Shown: in pieces, positions 13,089-25,681 of the stretch
Position numbering within the stretch: the first letter of the stretch is position 1
Layout: every line of letters begins with the position of its first letter
Source: Eledone cirrhosa
Lineage: Eukaryota
NCBI GenBank assembly: GCA_964016885.1
Contig: OZ024740.1
Span: forward strand, 178,870,001 to 178,934,000
DNA length: 64,000 nucleotides
Direction of reading: 5' to 3'
Position numbers and translations under genes: made by a program
The notes under the pieces: model-generated
Database searches by the model: none
Seen by the model: the letters and a program-made list of their open reading frames with translations, nothing else
Told to the model about the DNA's origin: nothing

Positions 13089-14420
13089 GTATATACATAT
13101 ATATAAAAAAATATAAAATATAAAATATATTAAAAATATTAAAAATATTAAAAATATTAAAAATATTACAAATATACATATAACGGCACATAGAGATACA
13201 CAGTGTGCTATACATGAAAGGGTGCGCCCAGTTGTATGTGTCTACAGAGATGTTGTTACGTTGCGACCATGGATCAATCCACGTATGGAGTTTTCACGCA
13301 ATGCCACATAATAGTATTACAGTATATAGTATGCGCAAACCGTACAAAGAAACTACGTGCAGAATATATATAAAAAAAGCAGAAGGAACGTGTATGCATA
13401 TGAGGTAGAACACAAGATAATTATGAGATACACACGTGGGTCTGCATACGGAAAATACATTAGGTATTACAAAAAGGAATACATAGAGGGTATGCACTCT
13501 ATATTGAAAAGATACACCTGCAGTGGGGTGCGTGGACCGGCCATACTGGAGTATGTCACTGTGGTTGAGGTATAGTGTCTTATTGGTGTAAGGCATTTGA
13601 CCGAATATCAGTGGAATCGGAAATAATCATGACGTGCAGACACCAGAGAAGATGCACACTCTCCGCATGGAATCCCCCGGGCAGCTCAAGCTAAAAGTAG
13701 GCGGCGGATCGCACGGCGACCAGAGTGGCGAAACGGGTCAAGAGATTAGACACCATACCCATTTGACTTTATATGCCCCGTGGGGTAAGCCGAAGTAACC
13801 CAGGATGCCCACCCGACTCTGCACGTGACCCTAGGCAAGGACATCGCCTGAGCCGGGAAAGGTTGACTCGGATTCCATGCTATGTACTGTAATAATATGA
13901 ACGCCCATTATGTGGCATTGCGTGAAGACTCCATACGTGGATTGATCCATGTTTGCAACGTAACAACATCTCTGTAGCCACATACAACTGGGCGCACCCT
14001 TTCATGTATAGCACACTGTGTATCTCTATATGCCGTTATATGTATATTTGTAATTAATCTAGCTGTCGTCTGTTCGACAGCGTAGACGTAATTCACTTCG
14101 CGCAGAAGTTTTGTTCCAATTTATTGCGGAAATTTTGTAAGTTTAATTTTAATTTTGATACTATTTTGTAGCTTGACCCCCCGTCTGAACTGTCAGGCGG
14201 TGGGTCAGCTCATCTTCGCCCCTCCCAGGGGTGGAAAACCTATTTTCAAAATGTTGTGGCATAAAATTTCAATCGTCTGGCAGAAATGTTAAACGAAGCT
14301 AACGAAAATAGTGGTGGGGGACAGCGGTAAGAGTTGTAAGCTCGCACGCTTTAGTCCCCCCTTCCTTCCCAACTAACATCATAGAGAAGGAAAGAAAAAA
14401 TAAAATAAAAACAGACGAAT

Positions 14421-16162
14421 ATGCGGAGATTGATTCCAACAACAACAAAAATTTGAAAGAATTGCATAACAATATTAATACCACAAACAAAGAAACAACA
14501 AACACAAAAATAACATTTGAAAACAACATCATAACAGAAAGCAAAACAGACGACAAAGTCAACACCAATAATATCTCGTTTGCACAAACAACAAAAAAAT
14601 CTTTAACATATATACCTGAAAATATTTCAGATGTGGCACAAAGAATAAAAAACGCCAAACATTTCATAACTCAAGGGGAAAATGGAACCTTATCGGTAAA
14701 AATGCCCCCAAAACTCACCAAAGATATTGAAAATCGGACGGTCGTTTTCCGCACCATCAACAACATCTCAAAAAAACCTCAACAACCAACACAAGCAGAA
14801 ATTAAAGCAGTACTTAGAGAAGTACTTAATGAAGCCACTTTCATAAGAAGAGATAGGCTGTATGGAAGCCTAGCCATTATTATGAAGAACGAATCAGCGG
14901 CAAAAAAATATGCTTTGTCGCCGATTCGTTCGACAAATTTTACCTTTTATCCATCTTATATGGGTAAAAAAACTCAGCGCATATGGCTGGATGCGATGAT
15001 GCCAGATATGGACCACTGCTGGCTCATAGCTGGCTTCATCGATCCAGCGAATGACAACGTGATTTCCATTGGGAAAACCACAGGCAATGCGTTCAGTGGA
15101 ACAGGTATAGAACTTGTAGTGCAAATGAAGCCTGAACGCATTGCCCAAATACCCGACAGAATCCTATTAGAGGGCCACGGGTATATAAACATTAGCGTGG
15201 AGGGGAGAAGGCCGTCCTGTCATATCTGTGCAGGCAGAGGGCACCTGAAGGTGGCTTGTCCCCAACTCAACAAGAAGAAAACCCTGCTACCAACACCAGC
15301 TCCACCACCACCACAACAGATAAACAAACAACAAAACTCAGTCCCACCCAACCCGTCCCTCAGTAAAACTACACCACCACCACAACACAAACAGACACAA
15401 CACATTACCCAAAAACAAAACACAGTCACACCCAACCCCTCACTCAATAAAACAACACAACCACCGCAGCCACAACACACAACACAGTCTAACATAGTGA
15501 CATCCCTCTCCCCCACAAAGAAAACCAACACGGAAACATTACCATCAAGCATACCCCTTCCCTCCAACACTGAAGATAACCCAACGAATTCGGAGGAAGA
15601 AACGGAGTCCTTCAGACAGATTAAAAGGAAAAAAAGAAAACATGTGCAAAACACACCAGGCCAAACAGCCCCTACCCAAATGTCAACACAATCCAACAAA
15701 ACACAAAACACCCCTCCGGCAACAAACAAAACCAAACCTGCCCCTCCCCTCTTCGAAACACTCACACCATCCGAAAAAAAGACATTACACTATACTTACA
15801 TCAACAGAAACAATAATAAATTAAATGAACTCATAAACAATAACCCTTCGGTACAAACCGAAGAAGTAAACTTTGTTTCTTCAGAATACTACCCATATTA
15901 AAAATTAATAAAGATCCCAATGAACCTCTACCAAAAACTAAAAAAGGATTTTAAGGAGGACGTAGGACCACCCTCTGTCAAACCCATAAACCGCGTCCTC
16001 CTAAAAAGCTTTCCCCCTCCCCTTCCCCTCCCCAACACAACTCCAAACACCCCAACCCCACCACACACTGACGACCCCACACCACCACAAGACACCCCTT
16101 CACCCAACACCCCCGACCCCATGGAAGTCGTGCGACCCGAACGCCGGGAAGCAGAAAGGTAG
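14421..16162 (+). pseudogene. Tx1 ORF1 (gag-like, CCHC zinc knuckle, Pro/Thr/Gln-rich tail) with a premature stop
   Basis: CHICAGRGHLKVAC knuckle; ORFs 14453-15901 and 15920-16162 are in the same frame, separated by one TAA; the probable ATG at 14421 is one base out of frame. Confidence 0.8.
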
Positions 16163-16195
16163 GTCTCTACACTCTCCTTTGGCTTTGCCGCCCAT

Positions 16196-19100
16196 ATGGA
16201 TGTGTTAAGAGTAGGATGTTTGAATGCACGTGGCCTGGGCTCAACTTGGAAGCAAGCAAAGCTTCTAAATGACCACAGCTCACGTGGTATAATTGTAATG
16301 GTTATCTGTGAGACTCGGATCAGCGTCGTGCGGCAGCTGGCCCCTACCTTCGATGACTTTGAGGTGCATGCATCTCTCTGTCAACCTGGAGGTGGGGGTG
16401 GGGTTGTCGTACTGCAGGAAAAACACCTGGGTCTCGCCGTACAGGTTGTTCACTCGGACCCGGTAGGTCGTTTGTTGGTGCTAGACGTTGGCAGTAGTGA
16501 AATTGCGGCCTTGAGACTGTTCGCCGTCTACTCCCCTTTTGGAGCTGAACGACCCGACTTGTTCCAGTGTCTGGAGACTTTTCTTGGAACGTCGCATTCC
16601 CTGCTTCTAGCGGGGGATTGGAATGACATCCTAGATGCACGTTGGGACTATACAGGAGCATCTCCTAATAGAGGGGGGTGTAACAGCCTCAAGGGGTTAC
16701 TCGACCGTTTTAACTTGGTCGATAGATATCGACTAGATTTTCCAACTGTGCCAACCTGGACTTGGACGAACCACAGTGGTCAATCTAGATCGTACTTAGA
16801 TAGATTCTTAGTTAGAAGTAAGGATAGGGACATATTAAGCTGTCCAGAAATGCTCACGGTTGGCTATACAGATCACAAATTAGTGACCTGCGTAGTCAAT
16901 CTCGAGAAAACACATAGACAGGGTCCCGGTTACTGGAAACTTAATTTGCCCTTACCGGCAAAAGAGGCTTACAGAAACCGGATTAGCAGATTAGTTAAGG
17001 AGAGGTTGACGGGTGCAATCGTCAACAACCGATGGTGGGCATCTCTCAAAAGAGAGATTAGAACAGATTCAATAAGTTATAGCAAGATGTTAGCTGCCGA
17101 TAGGAATAGGAACGAGAAAGAATTAACAGGTAAATTAGAAGAGGAAATCAAGAGCGAAGATGTGGCCAGAGTGCTGGCATCGAGGACGGCCTTGAGCCAG
17201 TTTTTCGATGCAAAGCACGAAGGCTGCGTCATTCGAAGTAAAATACGTGCTCTAGGTAATGAGGGGGCCAAAGCCGTTGGCTGGGCTCGCGTGACAGAAG
17301 CTAAGAGTGGAAATCGATCCACCATCCGGTCTTTGCAAGACGAGAATGGACGGGTGATCCGGGAGCCTAAGCAGATGTGCGAGGCCTTTAAAGGCACATT
17401 GCCCGATTGTTCGGGGGAGGCGAGGGTCCGGGCGGGGACGTGGATTTCGGTCCATACCTCGACGGCCTGCCGCGTCTCTCGAGCGAAGAGGCAGAGTCCT
17501 GCGAGGGACTAATCTCGGCTGAGATCGGCGATGCGCTGAGCCAACACAGCAGACACAAATCTCCAGGTCTCGATGGTATACCTTACGAACTTTATTTAGC
17601 AATGCCGGTCTTCTTCTCCGAACTCCTCGAAGCAGTCTACTGCAATTGGCAGCAGAACGGGAGAATTCCTTATTCTGTAGCCAAGGGCGTAGTCTCGCTG
17701 GTGAGGAAGGACGAGAACGAGGAAGATAGTATAAATAATTTTCGGCACATAACCCTGCTAAACACAGAGTTAAAGATTTTGGCCAAGGTGTTAGCAAAGA
17801 GGTTGGCGCTTGTCGCGGGTGGCCTGGTGGGAGATGCGCAGACATGTGCTATCCCATCCAGGTCCATTCACGACAACCTCCACCTCATGCGATACATCAT
17901 AGAGAGGGTTAGCAACAAACCCGGCTTCGGTGGGGCCCTGATCAACTTGGATCAGTTTAAGGCGTTCGATAGGGTCGACTATGGTTACCTGGATGCGGTG
18001 CTAGCGGCGGCTGGGTTCGGTCCTGTTTTTAGACGCTGGATCACTGCCTTACATAGCAACCACATCTGTTCTAGGATCAAGGTGAACGGCTACCTTTCGA
18101 AGCCGTTCGAAATCACACGATCCATTCGACAGGGGTGCCCTCTCTTCTCCCTTCTGTACGTATTGACTCTCGAGCCTTTACTGAGGAAGTTGGAGTTGTT
18201 GCAGGGTATCCCCCTGGAACCAGGATTGAGCAAAGCGGTGTCGGCTTACGCCGATGACGTAACAGTAATGGTATCGACCGACTCGGAGATCGAGGCGATC
18301 GGTACCTTACTGGAGGAATACGAAAGTTTGTCAGGAGCGAAACTGAACCGGGAAAAATCCATCGGGCTGCAACTCGGAACGTGGAGAGGCAGACCGATGC
18401 CTCCCGACGGTATCGTCGGACACTGGATGGAGAGCCCGGTGAAGTTGATTGGGGTCTGGTTTGCACTAACCCAGAAATGGGCCAAGTGTAAGCTGTCCCT
18501 AAAAGGTCGGACGGAGGTGGCGAACATTTACATAGCGTCCGTCACTTACTACCGCCTGACTGTCGTGCCTTGCCCTAAGGAAACACTCACCACCATGGAA
18601 CGCATGCTCTTTCAATTTCTTTTGAAGAATCGCCCTCCTATGGTGAGAAGATCCATCTGCTGCCAACAACCTTCGAAAGGAGGGCTGGGGATGCCGTGGT
18701 TGATGATGCGTAGGCACGCATTAAGGCTACGGCACCTACAGGTATTCCTCACTGGTCAACTGGTGTGGGCTCCGTTCGTGAAACGAGCCTTTCCGAGACT
18801 CGTCTCGCTCACCGAGTTGCAGTCCTGGGTCAAGCAAAGATCCGGAAAACTGGGCGACTGGTACACTGAGTGTGCCCAGGCGCTCAGGGCTCTCTGGCAA
18901 GCGGACCCGGCCATCGGTGGAGAATCCACCTCGTCATTCTATAGAGGGATGGTGGCTAGCAGGGGCGATGACACCCTTGGAGAGTCGCTGGACATGGAGG
19001 AGGACGAACAGGCCAGCCTGTTCGGTAGGACTTTCGGCCCGGGACCAATGGACAACTTCCAGAAGTCACTGGCCTGGCAGTGCTACCGGGGGGCTCTACC

Positions 19101-19575
19101 CGTTCGAGAAAAGCTCTACAGACACGGGCGCCCGGGCAGGGATCCCTCGAAAAAGATTTTCCCTAGATGCATGCGTCACGAAGAAACCGTTGCTCACGCA
19201 TTGGTGCACTGTCCGGGCGTGGCTGATCTGTGGGGCTACGCCGAACGGCTGCTGTCGCGGGTGGCGCCGATTCGATTGACCGCCGAGTCCGTGATGACAA
19301 TCAAACCGCCTCCCCTCTTCACAAAGGAAGCAAAGGCGGTTTTTCTGTGCGTAATAGCGATGTTGAAAGAGGTTGTTTGGTGGACACGATTGAAAGGTCT
19401 GAGGTCAGGCAACTTCCTCTCTGGCCATAGTCTGGTCTACTTCTTCCGATATCACTTCGGAAGAAGGATAAGAATGGAGAGAGAGGTGCTTGGCCACAGG
19501 CAGTTTTATGAAAGGTGGGTGATAGTGGCGAGAATGGCTCGTATAAATGTGCCTTCTCTGTATACCATCCTGTAG
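16196..19575 (+). pseudogene. Tx1 ORF2: APE endonuclease, reverse transcriptase and C-terminal Zn motif, frameshifted near 17390
   Basis: LNARGL, ICETR, AGDWN, SYLDRF, TDHK (APE); KSPGLDG, DQFKAFDRV, IRQGCPL, AYADDV (RT); RC..HEETVAHALVHC. Confidence 0.92.
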
Positions 19576-19869
19576 GTAAAGAAGTGAAGGAGAGGGGAGC
19601 ACCTTCTCCATGTGCTCCCTGGGCAAAGGATTGCACACTTTTTCGGGGGTGTGTGCAACCCCCATCACGTCCCCTCCCTTTTGAGGTTGTTTTTGATTAT
19701 TTTCATTTTATACCCTTTTTACTCGGTTTTATGTAACTCCCCCTTTGTATTTGTCCCTTCTTTTTATACCTTTATGGTAAATAAAGAAATATATATGTAT
19801 ATTTGTAATATTTTTAATATACTTTATATTTTATATTTTTTTATATATATGTATATACGTATATGTAAG

Positions 19870-19931
<62 letters not shown>

Positions 19932-19988
19932 CATATACGTATATACATATACGTATATACATATATATAAAAAAATATAAAATATAAA

Positions 19989-20023
<35 letters not shown>

Positions 20024-20284
20024 GTATATGTATGTATTTTTTATATGTGTACATATTTATAACAAGATGCATCCTTTCATCTACGACCCATTGTGTATCC
20101 TTATATGACTTTGAGTGTATATTCTGTTTATGTGTATATATATAGATATATATATATATAATATTATTGTTTTTTTATGCGTGCGTGGGTGTGTATGGGA
20201 ATATGCGCATATGTGTAAGAGTGTATATGGGCCAGTGTGTGTGTGTGTGTGTGTACAAGCACCCCTATAGGGAAAGGGTTTGTT

Positions 20285-20340
<56 letters not shown>

Positions 20341-20672
20341 TGTTTGCGAGCGAGTGTGTATCTGTGCGTGTATATATGGGTACGAGTGTGTATATGTGTG
20401 TGTGCGTGGGTGATAAAGGGGGGGGGGTCTACGTACATGTTTGTACGTGTTTGTGTGTACGTGTATACATAAGTGTATGCATGTGTATGAGCATGTGTGT
20501 GCGTGTTTATGTATACAGGGCTGTGGGCATGTGTCAATGTATGTACCTGTTGGATGAATGTATGCGTATGTTTATATGTCTGTATGTTCTCCTTAATGTG
20601 TGGGTATAGCGGGAGTCTCTGCGTACGACTGTCGGTATCTATGTGGTTGTGTGTGTGTGTGTGTGTGCGTGT

Positions 20673-20719
<47 letters not shown>

Positions 20720-20737
20720 TGTGTATGTGTGTGGGGA

Positions 20738-21358
20738 GTGCGCGCGTGGATGTGTGGACCACCAAACACAGCAGTAATTCATTGAAGTGTAGCAGTCAGG
20801 GGACAGCGGAATGATACCTGTGGTCAGAATTTATGATGACGAAGACAACCAGCGGCCAATAACTGGACGCGCGAAGAGGGTGAAGTTTTTGACAGTACTG
20901 GCCCATTGGGTCAGATACTCCAGTGAGAGAATATGCTCCGAAATCATTAGACGTGTCCGAGAATCAGACAGATCCACACAAATATCGCGTCTCGATCTGT
21001 CCGCCGGCGAAACAATTGTAACACACAATAAATTGAGTTCAGATGCATTACTGATTTTTCGTTTTATATTATATATATATACATAATAGAACAGCTGGAG
21101 ACGCTATCATTGTGTGGATCTGTCTGATTCTGGACCCGAAGGTTCGACGGACACGTCTAATTATTTCGGAGCACATTCTCTCACTAGGGTATCTGACCCT
21201 ATGGGCCAATACCGTCAAAAGCTTCACCCTCTGCGCCGCTTCCAGTGATTGGCCGCTGGTTGTCTACGTCATCATAAATTCTGAACACAGGTATCATTCC
21301 GCTGTCCCATGTCTGCTACACTTCAATGAATTACTGCTGTGTTTTTGTGGTCCACACA
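20738..21358. mobile_element. ~600-bp palindromic MITE-like element
   Basis: ~250-bp diverged inverted arms (tgtggaccaccaaacacagcagtaattcattgaagtgtagc... / ...gctacacttcaatgaattactgctgtgtttttgtggtccaca) between microsatellite tracts. Confidence 0.8.
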
Positions 21359-21510
21359 CATATATATATATATTCATTTAAGTCGATGGTTCACCACTGG
21401 TTAGAACTGGTCATTCCGTATACTTAACCTGATGCAATATTCGGAAGAGCACTCACGTGATGCAAATTAATCATCTTTGGTGTGAGAATCCGTTGGTGTA
21501 TATAAGTATA

Positions 21511-21640
<130 letters not shown>

Positions 21641-21711
21641 ATTATATATATATATATATATATACATAATTATATATATATATATATATACATAATTATA
21701 TATATATATAT

Positions 21712-21900
21712 AGGAACAAGTATGACCCCGACGGCAGAGCTCAAGCCGTTTGCCGGCTATGTCCAGAAATAGCCGTCGAAACGGCTTCAGCTCTGCTGTC
21801 GGGGTCATACTTGTTCCTATTACCCACTCTACTACGCCAAGTATTGAGTACTTTGGTGCGTTATGGTCCATCTGGTTTCTTACTACAATTCGTTCGTTAT
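21712..21900 (+). mobile_element. Foldback+tail mini-element family A, copy 3
   Basis: Arms ggaacaagtatgaccccgacggcagagct / agctctgctgtcggggtcatacttgttcc; hammerhead-like 3' half cggctat..atagccg tc gaaac; tail with GAGTACT; (TA)n flanks. Confidence 0.8.
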
Positions 21901-21902
21901 GT

Positions 21903-21943
<41 letters not shown>

Positions 21944-22191
21944 AAGAGAGAGAGAGAGAGAGAGGGGAAAGAGAGACAGGAGGATTGATCATCGATAGTT
22001 AAATTATGAATATCTAAATCTATGTATATGCTATACATGTTTGAATATGCGTGTATTTCTGCCGGTGAGTATGTAATCGATACATCCGCAATGCATACAT
22101 ACCTAGATACATACATACATACATACATACATACATACATACATACATACATACATACATACATACATACATACATACATACATACATACA

Positions 22192-23440
22192 TGGTGGCTG
22201 CCAACTCGTTTTCGAGTACGGCCACTACTTTATATCCATGTAGGAGGACTCCTACCGATGCGCTGAACGAAGTAACTTTAGTCCAGCCAGCGACTTGAAA
22301 ACTCTGGTACAAACACTACACCTGTGACAATTATTGACACATAGTGCTAGGCCCATGGTACCATGTGACGACAAGTGCAGAGAGATCTCCAGATACAAAG
22401 CAATGCCTGTGCCGTGAAGCTTTTATAGTGAGCAAAGGCACTGCACAAAGCCAGTCCCACTCTCTTAACCAAGATGATATTTACCAAAAAGAAGAACAAG
22501 TCAACATCATTGGATACCATCAGGGTTGCAGGTGTTATATCAGAGTTTTCCTTCTCCTAGAATTCTGCCTTGACAAAGGCTAAGGGATCATCTCTCCCAG
22601 TGATTTTGGATGGCCATTGACTCTTAAGAGCTCCTTTGCCCTTTGACAGGTTTTGTTTTTAGTCCTGCAGGATGTCCAAAGTCACCCTCCTCACCAAGAA
22701 ACCTTGGTGGGGTTGCCAGTTTAGTCGCCAACGACCCGACCATGAGACAGGTTGTACTGGGATACATGTTACCAGTAGCACCAACTGGTGACCTGACATA
22801 AATAACATACATACATACATACATACATACATGGTGGCTGCCAACTCGTTTTCGAGTACGGCCACTACTTTATATCCATGTAGGAGAACCCCTACCGATG
22901 CGCTGAACGAGTGTGACTTTTTAGTCCAGCCAGCAACTTGGAAACTCTGGTACAAACACTACACTTGTGACAATTATTGACACATAGTGCTGGGCCCATG
23001 ATACCATGTGACAACAAGTGCAGAGAGATCTCCAGATATAAAGCAATGCCTGTGCCGTGAAGCTTTTATAGTGAGCAAAGGCACTGCACAAAGCCAGTCC
23101 CACTCTCTTAACCAAGATGATATTTACCAAAAAGAAGAACAATTCAACATCATTGTATACCATCAGGGTTGCAGGTGTTATATCAGAGTTTTCCTTCTCC
23201 TAGAATTCTGCCTTGACAAAGGCTAAGGGGTCATCTCTCCCGGTGATTTTGGATGGCCATTGACTCTTAAGAGCTCCTTTGCCCTTTGACAGGTTTTGTT
23301 TTTAGTCCTGCAGGATGTCCAAAGTCATCCTCCTCACCAAGAAACCTTGGTGGGGTTGCCAGTTTAGTCGCCAACGACCCGACCATGAGACAGGTTGTAC
23401 TGGGATACATGTTACCAGTAGCACCAACAGGTGACCTGAC
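22192..23440 (-). mobile_element. Two tandem copies (22192-22797, 22832-23440) of the bipartite non-autonomous RTE derivative
   Basis: Near-identical to 7551-8158 and separated by (TACA)n. Confidence 0.8.
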
Positions 23441-23453
23441 ATAAATACATACA

Positions 23454-23482
<29 letters not shown>

Positions 23483-23484
<2 letters not shown>

Positions 23485-25681
23485 TATACCAGAATGGTTG
23501 ACATTAGCACAAACATTACTGGTCCCCAAGAACAAAGACACCCACTTGGCAAAAAACTACCGACTCATTGCATGCCAGAACCTTATGTATAAGATGTATA
23601 CAGTCTGACTGAACCTATTCCTCCAAGATCACTGTGAAAACATTATCAGAGCCATAGAGAGGCTGTCTTCGTCTTGGGCTACTATCATAAGGTTAAAGAC
23701 AGAGAGGGAGGACTCTATTTTCACTGATAAAATAAAATATTGCAGTGGTATATTTCAGGGGGACAGTCTCTCTGTGATATTATTCATCTTGTCATTAAAC
23801 CCCTTGTCCTTTCTGCTCAAGAAATGTGAGGGATACATCATTGGCTCATAGGAGGACAGAAATACGAACCTAACCCATAATTTCTCTGTAGACGATCTGA
23901 AACTCTATGCCAAGAACATGGATGGGAGGAAGAAAAATCTTGACCTGGTTACACCGTTCTCAAAGGATATAGGAATGGTGTTTGGTCAAGATAAATGCTC
24001 ATACATGACTGTAAAGCGGGGAAAAACAACAACCCAATCTAGCAACATTGTCATCAATGGCCTAACTGTTTCACCGATATCTGATGAGGACTGCTACAGA
24101 TACCTGGGGATAGATGAGAACATATCCTATAATGGTATCTGTAATAAAGAACGCATAACCAGGGAATACTACACCCGATTAAGAAATATATGGTCATCGG
24201 AACTCTCTAAGCAAAACAAAACAGTGGCTCACAATGTGCTTGCTGCGTCTGTCCTAACACCAACGTTTGGAATACTCAATTGGACGATAGACGAAATCCG
24301 AGCAGTTGATGTTGGAACTCGAAAGATACTGAACAACACCGGAAACATCCACATCAACAGTGACATAGACCGCCTTTACTTGAAACGTAAGCAGGGAGGC
24401 AGAGGCCTAACATTAGTCCAGACAACATTTGAATGTCGCATCATATCTCTCTGACAACATCTACGAAGCTCGAAGCGTAGGAGCCCGTTTCTCGAACAAG
24501 TCTATATGCATGAAACAGATAAGATCAAGAGAGTTAGGAAGGAACTCCTCGAGAGATATTCCCTGCGTGATAATCAAACACTCAGACCCAGGGATGTCGC
24601 TCAGCAGTATCGCAGTGAATCCATGGATGAAAAACTGCTTGCTTATCAGCAAAAAAATCATGCATGGATATGTTGCCAGGAAGCTCCAGAGTGAGAGTAA
24701 TATAGATAAGGAAAGTAGCCTATCTTGGACCAACAACGGCTATATTGGCTCCCACTTTGAAGGATACGCCTTTGCAATCCAGGAACAGGAGATTAACACG
24801 AAATACATGATTCACAAAAGAGATAGGGATGCAGGCAAAACACCTAGATGTGATAACAAGTGCAGACTCTGCAGAACTAACATCGAGGATATCACCCATG
24901 TCATCAGCAGCTGTCCAAAGATGTCATCGCGGTACTATCTACCTATGAGGCATGATGTAGTGGCCAAAACACTGTACAATGCAGTTCATAAAAAAGATAG
25001 CCCCGATAATAAGCACATTAAAAGCTACAGCAAGATGGAAGACATCCATGTACATAATATGAAAGAGTACTGGTGGAATGTTCCAGCAAAACCCCAATAA
25101 AATGCAGGCATAACAGACCAGCTATTATGATATGGGACAGGGAGAAGAAAGCATGCACAGTAGTGGAAATTAGCTGCCCAGCAGATGCCAATATAATATC
25201 AAAGATTAGAGAAAAGGAGAATATTTATGCAGAACTGATGAGAAATCTGCAGATACTCCACCCTGATTACACCTTCAGATTCATGCCTGTGATTATCGGG
25301 GCACTGGGATATGTTAGAAACCGCCTCAATACACATCTTGAGAAGCTAGTCTTCACAAGAATTGAAAGAACACAACTAGTTAGGAAATTACAACTACAAT
25401 CCATTAATGGAACATTAAAAATATGTAAAACATTCCAAAAATGTTGCATCTAATAACTGCATATACACATGTTCAGATGCAAAGCATATACACATGCACA
25501 CATACAACTCAAAACATACACATCCACACATACAATAACATCCATATCTACACATGCATGCATACATACATATCTACCTAGTTGATGTTGTGTACATTCC
25601 AATGAGAGATTCTTGTGTCTATGTTAGAAACCGACTCTCTCTCTATTGGTAAAACTTTGTGAAATTATAAAACCAGAAGAA
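23483..25681 (+). mobile_element. 5'-truncated, decayed R4/Dong-like RLE retrotransposon in (TACA)n
   Basis: IFQGDSLS, VDDLKLY (RT), DIDRLYLKRKQGGRGL, CRLC..EDITHVISSC, RHNRP..VVEISCP (RLE); several stops and frameshifts. Confidence 0.9.

Larger units (their letters stand above)
14055..19791 (+). mobile_element. Near-full-length L1-group (Tx1-like) non-LTR retrotransposon
   Basis: ORF1 plus ORF2 (APE, RT, C-terminal Zn motif); AATAAA at ~19780; exact 18-bp TSD tatatgtatatttgtaat at 14037-14054 and 19792-19809. Confidence 0.93.
13085..19862. mobile_element. ~1-kb non-autonomous element with long TIRs in (TA)n, right TIR split by a Tx1 insertion
   Basis: 13165-13313 is the reverse complement of 13906-14054; the outer part of the left TIR (13085-13180) matches 19792-19862 inverted. 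Confidence 0.8.
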
